DNA of 64,000 bases. Source: Octopus vulgaris (taxonomy: Eukaryota). The notes below the pieces were generated by a model that was not told where the DNA came from, did no database searches, and saw only the letters and a list, made by a program, of their open reading frames with translations. Both the position numbers and the translations under genes were made by a program. The stretch lies in NCBI GenBank assembly GCA_951406725.2, contig OX597830.1, forward strand, positions 66,216,001-66,280,000. The letters are read 5' to 3'. Below are positions 12,480 through 25,274 of this stretch, one piece after another; position 1 is the stretch's first letter, and each line of letters starts with the position of its first letter.

Positions 12480-12676
12480 TAGTTTTATTTTTATAGCATG
12501 CTTTCACTTCACTACCAAGTGCAGCTCTGTGTGCCTTGGGTATGTGTTGTGATTTGTTGTGTATTATTATTATTAATATTATTATTATTATTATTCAGAT
12601 CACTGCTGGGAATCGAACTCGGAATCTTGGGGTTAGTAGCCCGCGCTCTTAACCACCATGCTATATGCCAGTGGGC
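12261..12676 (-). mobile_element. tRNA-headed SINE with (AAT)n linker and hammerhead-bearing 3' tail (copy 1), 12 bp TSD
   Basis: A-box TAGCATGGTGG, B-box GAGTTCGATTCC; TSD ATATCGGAATTT at 12249-12260 and 12677-12688; other copies at 37018 and 60973. Confidence 0.85.
12312..12357 (-). ncRNA. Minimal type I hammerhead ribozyme motif in SINE tail, GUU site
   Basis: Minus strand: GACAC CTGATGA A GGCTG-gagggtattt-CAGCC GAAA CG TT GTGTT. Stem I GACAC/GTGTT, stem II 5 bp, palindromic AACGTT stem III region. Confidence 0.7.
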
Positions 12677-13170
12677 ATATCGGAATTTGTTGTGAAAATG
12701 TTTTTCAGGATTTGCGTAGAATATTTTCAGAAGTTTCATGCGAGTCGAAAAATAGATGAGTTTAGAGCTATGTTTCCTCATAACTCACAGAAAATTGAAC
12801 ATTTTTTGATGAAAATTTTCTACGAATACCTCTCAGGTGGTGTAGATTACAATAATACCAGAATTTAGTGAAGAAAACGGTAAAACAAATAAGTGGGAAC
12901 GTACACGTACATACTGACACACTTCACATATATATCTATATAATGAAAATTGAAACTAAAAAAAAAAAAAAATGTGATGTGTATCAGTAAACGTGTGCAC
13001 ACCCATCATTTTTTTTTTGTTTTTTGTTTTCTCACATTAAATTCCGATTTAATCATAATCTATACCATCTGAAATGAATTTCTAGAAAAATTTCACCGAA
13101 AGATGCCCGTTTTTCTTAAATTTACAAGGAAACAAAGTCAGAAGTGTGAGGACATTTGTATTGGTATGCC

Positions 13171-13586
13171 AGATCTTTTCGGTTTGAACAGCAGTTTTTT
13201 CTAGCGGTGTCATATGAAATTGTCACCCATAATTATGACCCTAGTATCGATCTATTGCATTTCAATCTGTTTTAGGGTTAGGGGTGGGGGGAAGGGTATC
13301 TTTTTTTTTCTTCAGAAATGTAAATAAACCTAATCTGTTTCTTAAACAAGGGACATATTCATATGGCACAGAAAGTTTTCACCTCAATAGACGTCATTGA
13401 TTGGTTGAAATTGCAGAAATTGAAGAAAAAAAACCAACAAATATCTTACAAACTATAGAATGTTCTCAATAAAGCCAAAAGAAAAAGATGTTTTATGTAA
13501 CACATTCTACCAGTATACGAAGTTTAAAAGTGTTTAGTTATGTGGAAATTATATTTTAAAAACTGTCGGTCAAACCGAAAAGATCC
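13171..13586 (+). mobile_element. Merlin-like MITE (copy 1) with TTAGGG repeats
   Basis: ~28 bp TIR (G/A)GATCTTTTCGGTTTGAAC.GCAGTTTT; perfect 8 bp TSD GGTATGCC (13163-13170, 13587-13594). GG termini plus an 8 bp TSD fit Merlin; hAT not excluded. Confidence 0.75.
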
Positions 13587-13841
13587 GGTATGCCTTTCTT
13601 TCTAGAATTGTGGTCAAACTTGTCATCCATCAATCAAGTTGGATCTCTTGTTGATAATGCTACTCAAAATCTCTCTTTTTTTTTTTATTTAGTTTCCAAC
13701 TATACACGTGTGCACACACGCATATCCACGCTCGCTCACAACACCAACAACAACAATCACTATCACCACAACAACTTTAATAGTGGAACCTATACATTGG
13801 TCATTTTCGATCTTCAAGAATTGGCAATTAAGTCTCTCTCA

Positions 13842-14292
13842 GGATCTTTTCGGTTTGAACGGCAGTTTTTAAAAATAATTTCCACTAAACACTTTCAAAC
13901 TTCGTATACTGGTAGAATGTGTTTATAAAACATCTTTTTCTCTTGGCTTTATTGAGGAAATTCTATAGTTTGTAAGATATTTGTTGTTTTTTTTTCTTCA
14001 ATTTCTTCAATTTCAACCAATCAGTGACATCTATTGAGGTAAAAAACATTCGGTGCTGTATGACTATGTCCCTCGTTTAAGAAACAGATTGGGTTTATTT
14101 ACATTTCTGAAGGAAAAAAGATACCCTTCCCCCACCCCCACCCCTAACCCTAACCCTAATCCTAAATAACCCTAACTAACCCTAACCCTAAAACAGATTG
14201 AAATGCAATAGATTGATACTAGGGTCATAATTATGGGTGACAATTTCATATGACACCACTAGAAAAAACTGCCGTTCAAACCAAAAAGATCC
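13842..14292 (-). mobile_element. Merlin-like MITE (copy 2, inverted relative to copy 1) with expanded CCCTAA repeats
   Basis: Same TIRs; TSD CTCTCTCA (13834-13841) / CTCCCTCA (14293-14300); internal sequence is the reverse complement of copy 1. Confidence 0.75.
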
Positions 14293-15062
14293 CTCCCTCA
14301 AATGATACTCTATTATCTTGAAAAAAAAAATAGGGATATATTGAATACTGATATATTCTATAGACACAGGCATATCTGTACAATAAGTTTGATTCCCAAC
14401 TACAAGATGCTAGTTTCGGTCCCCTTATGTGACATCCTGGGCAAGCATCTTCCCCAATAGCTAGGGCTGCCTAAGGCTTTGTGAGTGGATTTCATATACA
14501 ATAACTGAAAGAAGTCTTGTATATTACATTCTTTTATTTGTTCCAGTTATTTGACTGTGGCCGTGCTGGAGCACCACCTTGGAAGGATTTTAGTCAAACA
14601 AATCGAGCCCGGGAGTTATTTTTTAAGCCTTGTACTTATTCTATTGGTTGCTTTCACCAAACAGCTAAGTTATGGGGACAGTTTTAAAGTCCACTTTTCT
14701 GTACTTGCATGGATCAGAAAGAGTTCATTTAGAAAGATTTTATTTTTACAGCTGGATGCCTTTGCTGCCACCAACCTTCACCTATTTCCAAGCACAGTAA
14801 TATTTCCCCTTGACCAGGCATATTTTTGCAGAATATTGGAAATGAACAACACTACTGTACGACAGCAGTGGCACACTAATTAACATCTATCACATGATAT
14901 CAAGACAAAGAGACAAACATACACACACTCATGTATACACCATATAACTAAAAAATATGGATTGGCCCAGGAATTGAAATAACAGCTTCATCGTCATCAC
15001 TATCATCATCAGCAGCAGAAGCATCATTTATTGTCCATTTTCCTTGCTGGCATAAGTTAGAC

Positions 15063-15363
15063 CTGGGGGTCAGCAAACGAGGGTAAATTACCACAAGTGG
15101 GGCAAAAATGAAATTCTTGAGGTTAATGAGGACTCGTTAGACATAAGTAAAATTATATAAAAAATGTGTTTTTCTTCTCTCAACGCTGCATTTATCTAAT
15201 GTCATGGACTTGTAAATAGATTCATATAAATAGATTTAATAAAATAGATGCAATAAACCTTTTAAATTCAAAGAATCTATGATCTTCTTCCTTTCAAATC
15301 AAGGGTGTAATATCAGCATAAATAAATATATTTTGGGTTAATTGGTTAAAAAAGTTTCCCCTA
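15063..15363. mobile_element. hAT-like MITE nested in a (GAT)n-tailed repeat
   Basis: Ends ctgggggtcagcaaac...gtttccccta; 8 bp TSD AGTTAGAC / GGTTAGAC; the host repeat resumes after it. Confidence 0.55.
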
Positions 15364-15507
15364 GGTTAGACAGTTTGACTGGAGATGGTGAGCCAGAGAG
15401 CTGCACCAGGCTCCAGTCCATTTTGGCTTGGTTTATACAGCTTGATGCCCTTCCTAATGCCAACTACTCCACAAAGTGTACTGGGTGCCTTTTACATGTC
15501 ACCTACT

Positions 15508-15866
15508 ATCTATTGTTCGACCGTGGACGAGACAATGGAATTTACTATGTTATGCCAGACTTCACGGTCCATCATAGCATTACGGAGGTCCTGTTGTTGG
15601 ATGCTTGTATCCCTGGAGATTACATCAGGGTAGGAGAGTGTGCGCCCTCTGGTATCATGAGCAGATGGCTTCCAGGGGAGAAGAGTAGAAATTACCTCTT
15701 TTTCAGCTCTATAACAATGTCCAGCAAACTGGACTCTTCTACCTTTCACAAGAGATGATACAGGTGGTAATTTCCCATATATTTGTACTTTGGTTGGATG
15801 ATGCTTCCACGAGAGATTTTGAGCTCTCATAAGGAGGCGAGTGTAAGTTCCATCCAACCGCCTCTC
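15508..15866 (-). mobile_element. RTE/RTEX-type LINE ORF2 3' end fragment
   Basis: ORF 15510..15857 DGTYTRLLMRAQNLSWKHHPT...RRVQFAGHCYR...AMMDREVW is a typical LINE C-terminus. Confidence 0.75.
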
Positions 15867-16573
15867 ATGGGTGCCTTTTAAGTGTCACTGACATGGGTGC
15901 TGTTCACATGTCACGAGCAGTGGCCACGACCACAGTTTCGCTTGGCTCGACGTATCTTCTCAAGCACAGAAATTTGCCAGAAGTCCTGGTCACTTGACAT
16001 TGCCTCTGTGGGACTCAACATCCAAAGACCACCACGTCCCATTTCTTCATGGGTATACCTCTTTCACAGGTTCCTTCCATAATTAGAGATTGGCACTTTG
16101 TTATGCAGCTGTCCTCATCCGTTCACAGCTTGACTGAGTCAAACATTAAAACCACCACCACCACCATCACCACCACCACCACCAATACCACCACCGCAAC
16201 AACAACAACAAAGAATTTCTGTATTTAAGGCTAGGGTTAGTTGTAGCAGCAGAAGTCACAATTGCAGCAGTTTATATATAAAATATGATTAAATGAGTCA
16301 TTTCACCATTATGTCTTTGATATTTTTGTATTCATTGTCATTATATAATTATGCTTTTATCACTGATTCAAATAAAAAGATCAGTAACTATTTTCTTTTT
16401 ATCACAAATACTTCTGACTAAAATACATAGCAGCAATCAACAATCTCTCTGAACATTTGATCCTCTTGCAGAACAGACTGGAGAAGGTCCAAAATGAGCC
16501 AAGATGCAAGGAATTATGCCAAAAAAAATCATTGGGACTTTTTAGAAGATAAAGTATCTAATTAATCTTATTT

Positions 16574-16611
16574 ATGATAATAATAATAATAATGAAAAGA
16601 ATAATAATGAA

Positions 16612-16679
<68 letters not shown>

Positions 16680-16684
16680 TGAAA

Positions 16685-16731
<47 letters not shown>

Positions 16732-16761
16732 AATAATAATGATAATAATAATAATAATGAA

Positions 16762-16808
<47 letters not shown>

Positions 16809-16809
16809 A

Positions 16810-16841
<32 letters not shown>

Positions 16842-16884
16842 TGATGATGAAAATAATAATAATAATAATAATAATGATGATGAA

Positions 16885-16937
<53 letters not shown>

Positions 16938-16945
16938 AAATAATG

Positions 16946-16985
<40 letters not shown>

Positions 16986-16986
16986 A

Positions 16987-17045
<59 letters not shown>

Positions 17046-17046
17046 A

Positions 17047-17088
<42 letters not shown>
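16574..17088. repeat. (AAT)n/(GAT)n triplet array punctuated by GAA
   Basis: Direct reading; it produces the poly-Ile and poly-Tyr/His ORFs. Confidence 0.95.
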
Positions 17089-17089
<1 letters not shown>

Positions 17090-18123
17090 TGCTCTGATGC
17101 AGTACCAGGCAGTGGCTCTCATAGCTTCTGATCTTAACTGATTGGAAGTGTTATCATGTACATTGTTTTGTCTTGGTATAAAAGATGGGCTACAGCAAAT
17201 ATTCTGCTCAACACCACAGATTTGCTTATCAGTTGTTTGACCATAACCAGTTGAGCATGTCCCTTCTGTGGCTGACAATATATGCATTTCTGATCATGAG
17301 CAGAAGTAGTGGGGGAGTATCATAGCTGTGTGTTGAAAGGGATTCTTTGGGGTTTGAATAATTCACCTCTGGAAACATGGGTATTTCATTCAACATACTT
17401 AAACAACTCTTATTCAGGGACCTTTTGAGCGGGATGGGTTACTCGACCAGAAGAAAATTCTAACTGGGCTCCACCTGCAAGGTCATGTGCTGTTTATCTT
17501 GATATGAGATCACCATGTCACACACATATGGTTGTGATACATGTGCGTAGTGTACCCTTATCAAATGGATAGTCATGATGGGTATACTGGGCTTCATATA
17601 TTTTACCCCAGTGTCACTTTGATGGCATGCACTGCTCTCTCACTCAATAATAATAATTTCTATTATGGGCATAAGGCCTGAAATTTTGTAGTTGATGGCT
17701 ACCTGAGATTTCCTTGGTCCCCAGTGCTTGACTGGTACTTATTTCATCAGCCCCAAAAGGATGAAAGGTGAAGACGTCCCCAGAGGAATTTGAACTCAGA
17801 ACATAAATAGGCATAAGATATGCCACTAAGCATTTAATCTGATCTGCTAATGATTCTACCATCTTGCCATCTTTATAAATGTTCCAAATTTTGACAAAAT
17901 GCCAAAAAGTTTCGGTGGTGGAGGTATTTAGTTGATTGTGTTGACCCCAGTAGTTGACTGGTACCTAATTTTATTGAAACCCTTGAAAAGATGATTAGCA
18001 GAGTTACCTGAGCAAGTGCACAAACTTGCAAATATGAATATTATCAATTTCGTTTGTGTGTGATGCGAAGTGATACATTTGGATGAGTTTGCATGTTAAA
18101 TGATTGCTCTACAGTTATACGTA

Positions 18124-18430
18124 GTGGAGGCACATGGCTTAGTGGTTAGAGCAGCAAACTCGTGATCAAGAAATTGCAGGTTCAAATCTCAGACCAGGCG
18201 ATGTGTGTGTTTATGAGCAAAACACCTAAGCTCCATGCGGCTCCGGCAGAAGGTAATGGTGGACTTCTGCGGGGTCTTTCGCCACAACTTTCTCTCACTC
18301 TTTCTTCCTGCATCTAGCAGCTGACCTGCAACGGACCGGCATCCCATCCAGGTGGGGAGCCTATATGCCAATGAAACCAGGAAACTGGCTGTTATGAGCC
18401 AGGGATGGCTTCAGAAGGAACAAACAACAA
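18124..18430 (+). mobile_element. SINE family B head with alternative tail
   Basis: gtggaggcacatggcttagtgg...ggttcaaatc head, tail gacctgcaacggaccggcatcccatccagg..., (AAC)n end. Confidence 0.7.
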
Positions 18431-18561
18431 CAATAGTTATATGTAAGTAAACACACTTGGTCTTGTAGTGAAACCTCTTCCTCTTTTTTTCTTTTTTTCT
18501 TTCTATTTGTTTTTGCTGTTGAACAACATGTTAAGAAGAGAAAGTTATGATCATGGTTCTT

Positions 18562-18780
18562 TTACTCTTTTACTTGTTTCAGTCCTTTTGACTGTGGTCA
18601 TGCTGGAGCACCACCCTTTAGTTGAGCAAATCGACCCCAGGACTTATTCTTTGTAAGGCTAGTACTTATCCTATTGGTCTTTTTTGCCAAACCGCTAGGT
18701 TACAAAGACATAGACACACCAGCATCGGTTGTCAAGCAATGTTGGGGACACACACACACACACAAACATATACACACACA

Positions 18781-18832
<52 letters not shown>

Positions 18833-18975
18833 GTTTCCATCTACCAAATCCACTCACAAAGCTTTGGTCAGCCTGAGGCTATAGTAGAAGACACTTGGAC
18901 AAGGTGCCACGCAGTGGGACTGAACCTGTAACCATGTGGCTGGTAAGCAAGCTACTTACCACACAGCCACTCCTC
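18562..18975 (-). mobile_element. SINE family A
   Basis: Reverse complement match to family A. Confidence 0.85.
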
Positions 18976-19671
18976 TCTACTGTGTGGTTTTGAGATAGAG
19001 TACCACTGCATGACACATTGGACAAGTGTCTTCTACTATAACCTCAGGCTGACTAAAGCCTTGTGAGTAAGTGACTTTTGTGGATGAAAACTAAAAGAAG
19101 CCTGTTGTACACATGTGTGTGTGTGTGTGTGCATGCATGTGTGTATGTGTGTGCATGTATGTGTGTGTGAGCATATGCATATATGTACATATGCATGCAT
19201 ACATGTATGTATGCATGTAAGCATGCAATCATGCATGCATGCATACATGTATGTGTGTATGTACGTATGTATTCATGGGTGTATGTGTATGCAGTGTATG
19301 TGTGTGTGTGTATGTATGTATATATGTATGTATGTATGCATGCATGCATGGGTGTATGTATGTGTGTATGTATGTAGGCATGCATGTGTATGTATGTATG
19401 TATGTACATGCATGTATGTGTGTATGTATGTATGTCATTATTCAGTTTTATATCAAGATTTCTTGCCAAAAGAGAAAGAGCCAGTTTCTAACCTAGATCC
19501 AAGACTCCTTCATTGGAATTTCAACATCAACAACAGGGTATTTTTGTTTGCATGTATATGTACGTATGTGCGTATAAATATAGATATGTATGTGTATGTG
19601 AATGCGTGTATATATGTATGTCTGTGTGTGTCTATGATTATGTATGTATGCCTCTTCTGTATTTAATCATC

Positions 19672-20047
19672 TGTGGAGGCGCAATGGCCCAGTGGTTAGG
19701 GCAGCGGACTCGCAGTTTTGATTCCCAGACCGGGCGTTGTGAGTGTTTATTAGGCGAAAACACCTAAAAGCTCCCCGAGGCTCCGGCAGGGGATGGTGGT
19801 GATCCCTGCTGTACTCTTTCACCACAACTTTCTCTCACTCTTACTTCCTGTTTCTGTTGTACCTGTATTTCAAGGGGCTGGCCTTGTCACTCTTTGTGTC
19901 ATGCTGAATATCCCCAAGAACTACGTTAAGGGTACATGTGTCTGTGGAGTGCTCAGCCACTTACACGTTAATTTCACGAGCAGGTTGTTCCGTTGATTCG
20001 GATCAACCGGAACCCTCATCGTCGTAACCGACGGAGTGCTTCCATCA
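19672..20047 (+). mobile_element. SINE family B, TSD ATTTAATCAT
   Basis: Direct repeats at 19661-19670 and 20048-20057; same sequence as 4726-5106 with a small head deletion. Confidence 0.9.
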
Positions 20048-20422
20048 ATTTAATCATTTGAATTTTTCCTCTGAAGAAGGTGCTGGTTCCTAACAAAGAT
20101 AAAAAGTTACGTCTTTGGAACGTAGATGATGAAAACAATGTCACATTTTAAACTTGAGAAAAGTTTTGCAGAGTTTTACTGCTCCACTCACAGATTGTAT
20201 TTTTAATGTGCGAATCATTTGGCTGATTTCTTTTACTGAAAATCAAAGTTTATTCAGACTGACAGTTAGGCAATTACTAAAACCAAGTGCTCCAATTATT
20301 TTTGGTATAAATGCAAATTTGTAACCCAGATATAGAAGCTGGCGGTTTCAAAGCAGTTATCCATAATTATCCTCTTTCTCTTTGATTATGTATGTATGTA
20401 GGTAGGTAGATATCCATGTATT

Positions 20423-20589
<167 letters not shown>

Positions 20590-20738
20590 TACATAGATGG
20601 CGTGGCTGTGTGGTAAGAAGCCTGCTTCCTTACCACACAGTTTTAGGGTTCAGTCTCCCTGCATGGCATCTTCTGCTATAGCCTTAGGCTGAGCAAAGCC
20701 TTGCGAGTAAATTTGGTAGACAAGAACTGGAAGAAATT

Positions 20739-20790
<52 letters not shown>

Positions 20791-22497
20791 ATATACATGT
20801 GTGTGTCTGTGTTTCTGTCTGTGTTTGTCCCCCATGGTGTCGGTGTGTTTATGCCCCCATAACTTAGCAGTTTGGCAAAAGAGACCAATAAGATAAGTAC
20901 CAGGCTTGGCAAAAAAATTAATGAACCAGAGTGGATTCATTTGATAAAAAATTCTTCGAGGCATTGCCCCAGCATTTTTGCAGTCTAATAACCGAAACCA
21001 GTAGAAGAATATTTACAACTAGCAGAACCGGTGAATACTTCATGGAATTAATGGTAAACCTATCAGGTTATTTCTGAAAACTTTATCCAAAAATCCTGAA
21101 AGCATAGCCTGCCTGTGTTGTGTCTGAATCAAAAGATAGTCGCTCATCTGCTACTCATTGAAAAGTGAAGGAAATTGGAATGTGATGATTACTTAATGCA
21201 CTTTATATATACACTTTATATACTTTATGCATAATTTTATAGACTGGCTACACAGCACTCATAAAATAAAGATTCACACTTATTTTTCCAGTTTTCCCAT
21301 AAACCAAAAAAAAAATATATATATATTGCATACATAACCTTTTGTTAAGTTGAATATATCTACCACATAAACAATCACTAATATTTTATGGAAATTGCTC
21401 TTACGCACTTTCAATAGTCTTGCAACTATTATAAAAGTTGCAAGATGCAACGAAAATTTTAGGAAAATAAAAATAAGAAAAAGGTGGAAATTTTACCGGT
21501 GGGTGTGTTAAATTATAAGGCACAAAAAGAAAATGACTCTCCCCAGACACAACAGAATATGCTTCAACACACGAACTCACATAAAGAATCTTGCAAACCA
21601 AATCCAAAAACGAGATATAAAAAAAAACTTTGTTTAATTTTTTAAAAATACACTTTTCACTATCCAATCACCACCACCTCCATCTCCACCACCACCACCA
21701 CCACCGCCATCACCACCACAACCACTACCACTATCTCTCTCCCCCCTCTCTCCTCCCTCACTGCCTTTCTTTAACTTCACCATCAGAACATCACCCATCT
21801 ACTAAAATTATTACATTCGCCCCCCCCCTCCACATCACATCATGGATGCTTTTCTCTCTGTCTTTTTCTCACTCTTTCTTTTTCTTTTTCCCTCTTTCTG
21901 CCTTGCCTTATTCTCTCTTTTTCTCTCTCCTTTTTCTTCTCTTCTCTTTTCTTTCAATCAATCCCATGAAATCATTACAATTACATTCCTCCTATCTTAC
22001 ATCATGGACGCGTCTTTCTCCCTCTTTTCTCTCCCTCCCTCCTTTTCTCTCACCCTCTTTTCTTTCTCCCTCTTTTTCTCTAATAATGTGAAAGCATTAA
22101 CAACAGGCTAAGTAACGCAATGACAAACAGAATTATTCTAAGATTGACTACTTTCACTTTCTCTCTGCCAAATCCACTTAGGAAGCTTTGGTAAGCCCAA
22201 GACTAAAGAAGAAGATATTTGCTCAAGATGCCCTGCTCTAAGATTGAACCTGGGAAGCCAGCTTCTTACCACAACTGTTCCCTGTGAATCTACAATCACA
22301 TGCTTAATGTAAGAAGTCAAAATTAGGACACTGTTTCATATTTTGCAACAACCCACGCTTTTGTTTCTTTAAGCTAAAGTCAACAGCTTTGACCCTTTTG
22401 CCTCTGATCTACTTGAGACACGCCTGCTTCTTGTTTTGTAAAAACAAGCTTTCCTGTTTTAAAGTTATCTAAACAAAAACTATCCTTCAGAATTTCA

Positions 22498-22990
22498 TGG
22501 GCGTGGCTGTATGGTGTGAAGCTTGCTTCTCAGTCACATGGTTCCAGGTTCAATCCCACTGCAGGGCACTTTCAGCAAGGGTGTCTTATACTATAACCTC
22601 AGGTAGACCAAAGCCTTTTAAGTGAATTTTGGTAGATGGAAACTGAAAGAATCTTGTTATATAGGCACAGACATTGCAGAGTTGTAAGAAGTTTGTTTCC
22701 CAATCACATAGTTCTGGGTTCAGTCCCACTGCAGGGCACTTTTGGCAAGTGTGTCTTCTACTATAACCTCAGGCAGACCAAAGTGGATTTGGTAGATGGA
22801 AACTGAAAGAAGCTTGTTATATAAACGCAGACATTGCAGAGTTGTAAGAAGTTTGTTTCCCTACCAAATGGTTCTGAGTTCAGTCCCACTCCATGGCACT
22901 TTCAGCAAGTGTCTTCTACTATAGCCTCGGGGCCAAGCAAAGCCTTGTGAGTGGATTTGGTTAATGGAAACTGAAAGAAGCCCATCATGT
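22498..22990 (+). repeat. Three tandem SINE family A heads (~160 bp period)
   Basis: Heads begin at ~22498, ~22664 and ~22824; copies 2 and 3 share the private variant gcagacattgcagagttgtaagaagtttgtttccc. Confidence 0.8.
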
Positions 22991-23238
22991 GTGTGTGTGT
23001 GTGTGTGCATGTGTTTGTTTGTCCTGCTCCATCACCCCCAGCTGGTGTTGGTATGTTTACATCTATGTAAGTTACTTATTTGTTATGAAACTATACAATG
23101 TAAATTATTTACATGCTTTTAAGTTATGAAACAATTTGTCATGATATTAAAATTTTCTTATTGTTAAATAAAAATTTCATCAAGTCATTTATGACTTTTG
23201 AAATGAACGAAACCAGATTTTTGAATTTTTATTCTGTA

Positions 23239-23409
23239 GGCGCAGGAGTGGCTGTGTGGTAAGTAGCTTGCTAACCAACCACATGGTTCTGGGTTCAGTC
23301 CCACTGTGTGGTATCTTGGGCAGGTGTCTTCTGCTATAGCCTCGGGCTGACCAATGCCTTGTGAGTGGATTTGGTAGATGGAAACTGAAAGAAGCCTGTC
23401 GTATATATG

Positions 23410-23440
<31 letters not shown>

Positions 23441-23655
23441 ATGTGTTTGTGTGTCTATGTTTGTCCCCCTAGCATTGCTTGACAACCGATGCTGGTGAGT
23501 TTACGTCCCCGTCACTTAGCGGTTTGGCAAAAGAGACCAATAGAATAAGTACTGGGCTTACAAAGAATAAGTCCCGGGGTCGATTTGCTCGACTAAAGGT
23601 GGTGCTCCAGCATGGCCGCAGTCAAATGACTGAAACAAGTAAAAGAGTAAAGAGT
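23239..23655 (+). mobile_element. SINE family A, full length
   Basis: ggcgcaggagtggc...aagtaaaagagtaaagag. Confidence 0.9.
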
Positions 23656-23754
23656 AAGGAGAGTATATAAGTACAAACAGTGTATTTGTGCTGTGGGGCC
23701 TTTCTGTTTCATGGCCATGTATTTTGTTCGTATTTATATGTATTGATTGGGTTA

Positions 23755-23816
23755 TATTACACTGATGACAGAAAAAGAGATTACCCCTTAATCTTGAAAT
23801 CGAGTGATATGTAATA
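23755..23816 (+). ncRNA. Type I hammerhead-like motif, AUA site, with an 8-nt insertion before stem II
   Basis: Stem I TATTACA/TGTAATA (7 bp perfect); CTGATGA 23762-23768; stem II GAGATTA/TAATCTT; GAAA 23796-23799; stem III ATC-GAGT-GAT; H = A23809. Confidence 0.55.
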
Positions 23817-24048
23817 CATCTGTTTCATGAATCTGTTTCGTTTATTTGCATGAGTACACCATGTGTTTATACTAAACAGTGGTATCTTAAGGTAGATTTT
23901 AGACATTGGCATCTCTTTCTAGCATGCTGGTGACTTGTATACGTACTCACTTGCCCTTGATATATATCTATAAATCGATTAATGTAACCTTAACCGGTTG
24001 ATTGCATGCTAACTACTTGATAAAATCTAACATAGATTTTATCCTTAA

Positions 24049-24080
<32 letters not shown>

Positions 24081-24495
24081 GCCGCAGGAGTGGCTGTGTG
24101 GTAAGTAGTTTGTTTACCAACCACATGGTTCCGGGTTCAGTCCCACTACGTGGCACCTTGGGCAAGTGTCTTCTACTATAGCCTCGGGCCGACCAAAGCC
24201 TTGTGAGTGGATTTGGTAGACGGAAACTGAAAGAAGCCTGTCGTATATATGTATATACATATATATATGTGTGTGTGTGTGTGCGTATATGTTTGTGTGT
24301 CTGTGTCTGTCCCCCTAGCATTGCTTGACAACCAATGCTGGTGTGTTTATGTCCCCGTTACTTAGCGGTTCGGCAAAAGAGACCGATAGAATAAGTATTG
24401 GGCTTACAAAAGAACAAGTCCCGGGGTTGAGTTGCTCGATTAAAGGCGGTGCTCCAGCATGGCCGCAGTCAAATGACTGAAACAAGTAAAAGAGA
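24081..24495 (+). mobile_element. SINE family A, full length
   Basis: Family match. Confidence 0.9.
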
Positions 24496-24651
24496 GATAT
24501 ATATGTATATATACACACACATGCACACACACACATACATATACACACACACACATACATGCACATAGACACACTTCTGTTCACTTCATCCACTGAGCTT
24601 TTCTGAGATTATTTTTTCTGCTCCTCTCCGGACTTTTCTTCTTTCTTCCTT

Positions 24652-24678
24652 CTGATGAAGAGCCATGCTCGAAACATC
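24652..24678 (+). ncRNA. Degenerate hammerhead core (Penelope-like remnant)
   Basis: CTGATGA A GAGC-cat-GCTC GAAA CATC; stem I not recoverable. Related to the motifs at 59447-59481 and ~62841. Confidence 0.4.
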
Positions 24679-25066
24679 ACATATCCCCTCTTTTTTCCAT
24701 CTTAAACTGAGCCTCAACCTAATACATTGACTCTGTACGTCCTATGGACTTTTGTTCTTTTATTTTTGTTTTTGTTTTTTTCCGATTTTTATTTTTGCTT
24801 TTCCATCTACCAAACCCATTCATAAGGTTTTGGTCAGTCCAAGGCTATAGTAGAAAACATTTGCCTAAGCTTCCACACAGTGAGACTGAACCTAGAATCA
24901 TTTGGTTGGGAAGCAAGCTTCTTCTCCTGCAGTTGCACCTGCACCTGTATGTGTAGATAGATAGATAGACAGATAGATAGATAGATAGATATACACATAT
25001 ACACATATACATACATATATATATACACACATATATATATGTATGTATATATATATATATTTATAG

Positions 25067-25120
<54 letters not shown>

Positions 25121-25175
25121 TACATACATATATATATGTGTATATATATGTATGTATATGTGTATATCTATCTCC

Positions 25176-25229
<54 letters not shown>

Positions 25230-25239
25230 GTGCAGGTGC

Positions 25240-25274
<35 letters not shown>

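Noticed and set aside
14136-14192. Telomere or chromosome-fusion scar (CCCTAA repeats)
   Set aside because: The repeats are internal to a TIR/TSD-bounded MITE.
16568-17287. Long poly-Tyr/His and poly-Ile/Met ORFs
   Set aside because: Translations of an (AAT)/(GAT) triplet array; stop-free by composition, with no splice or homology support.
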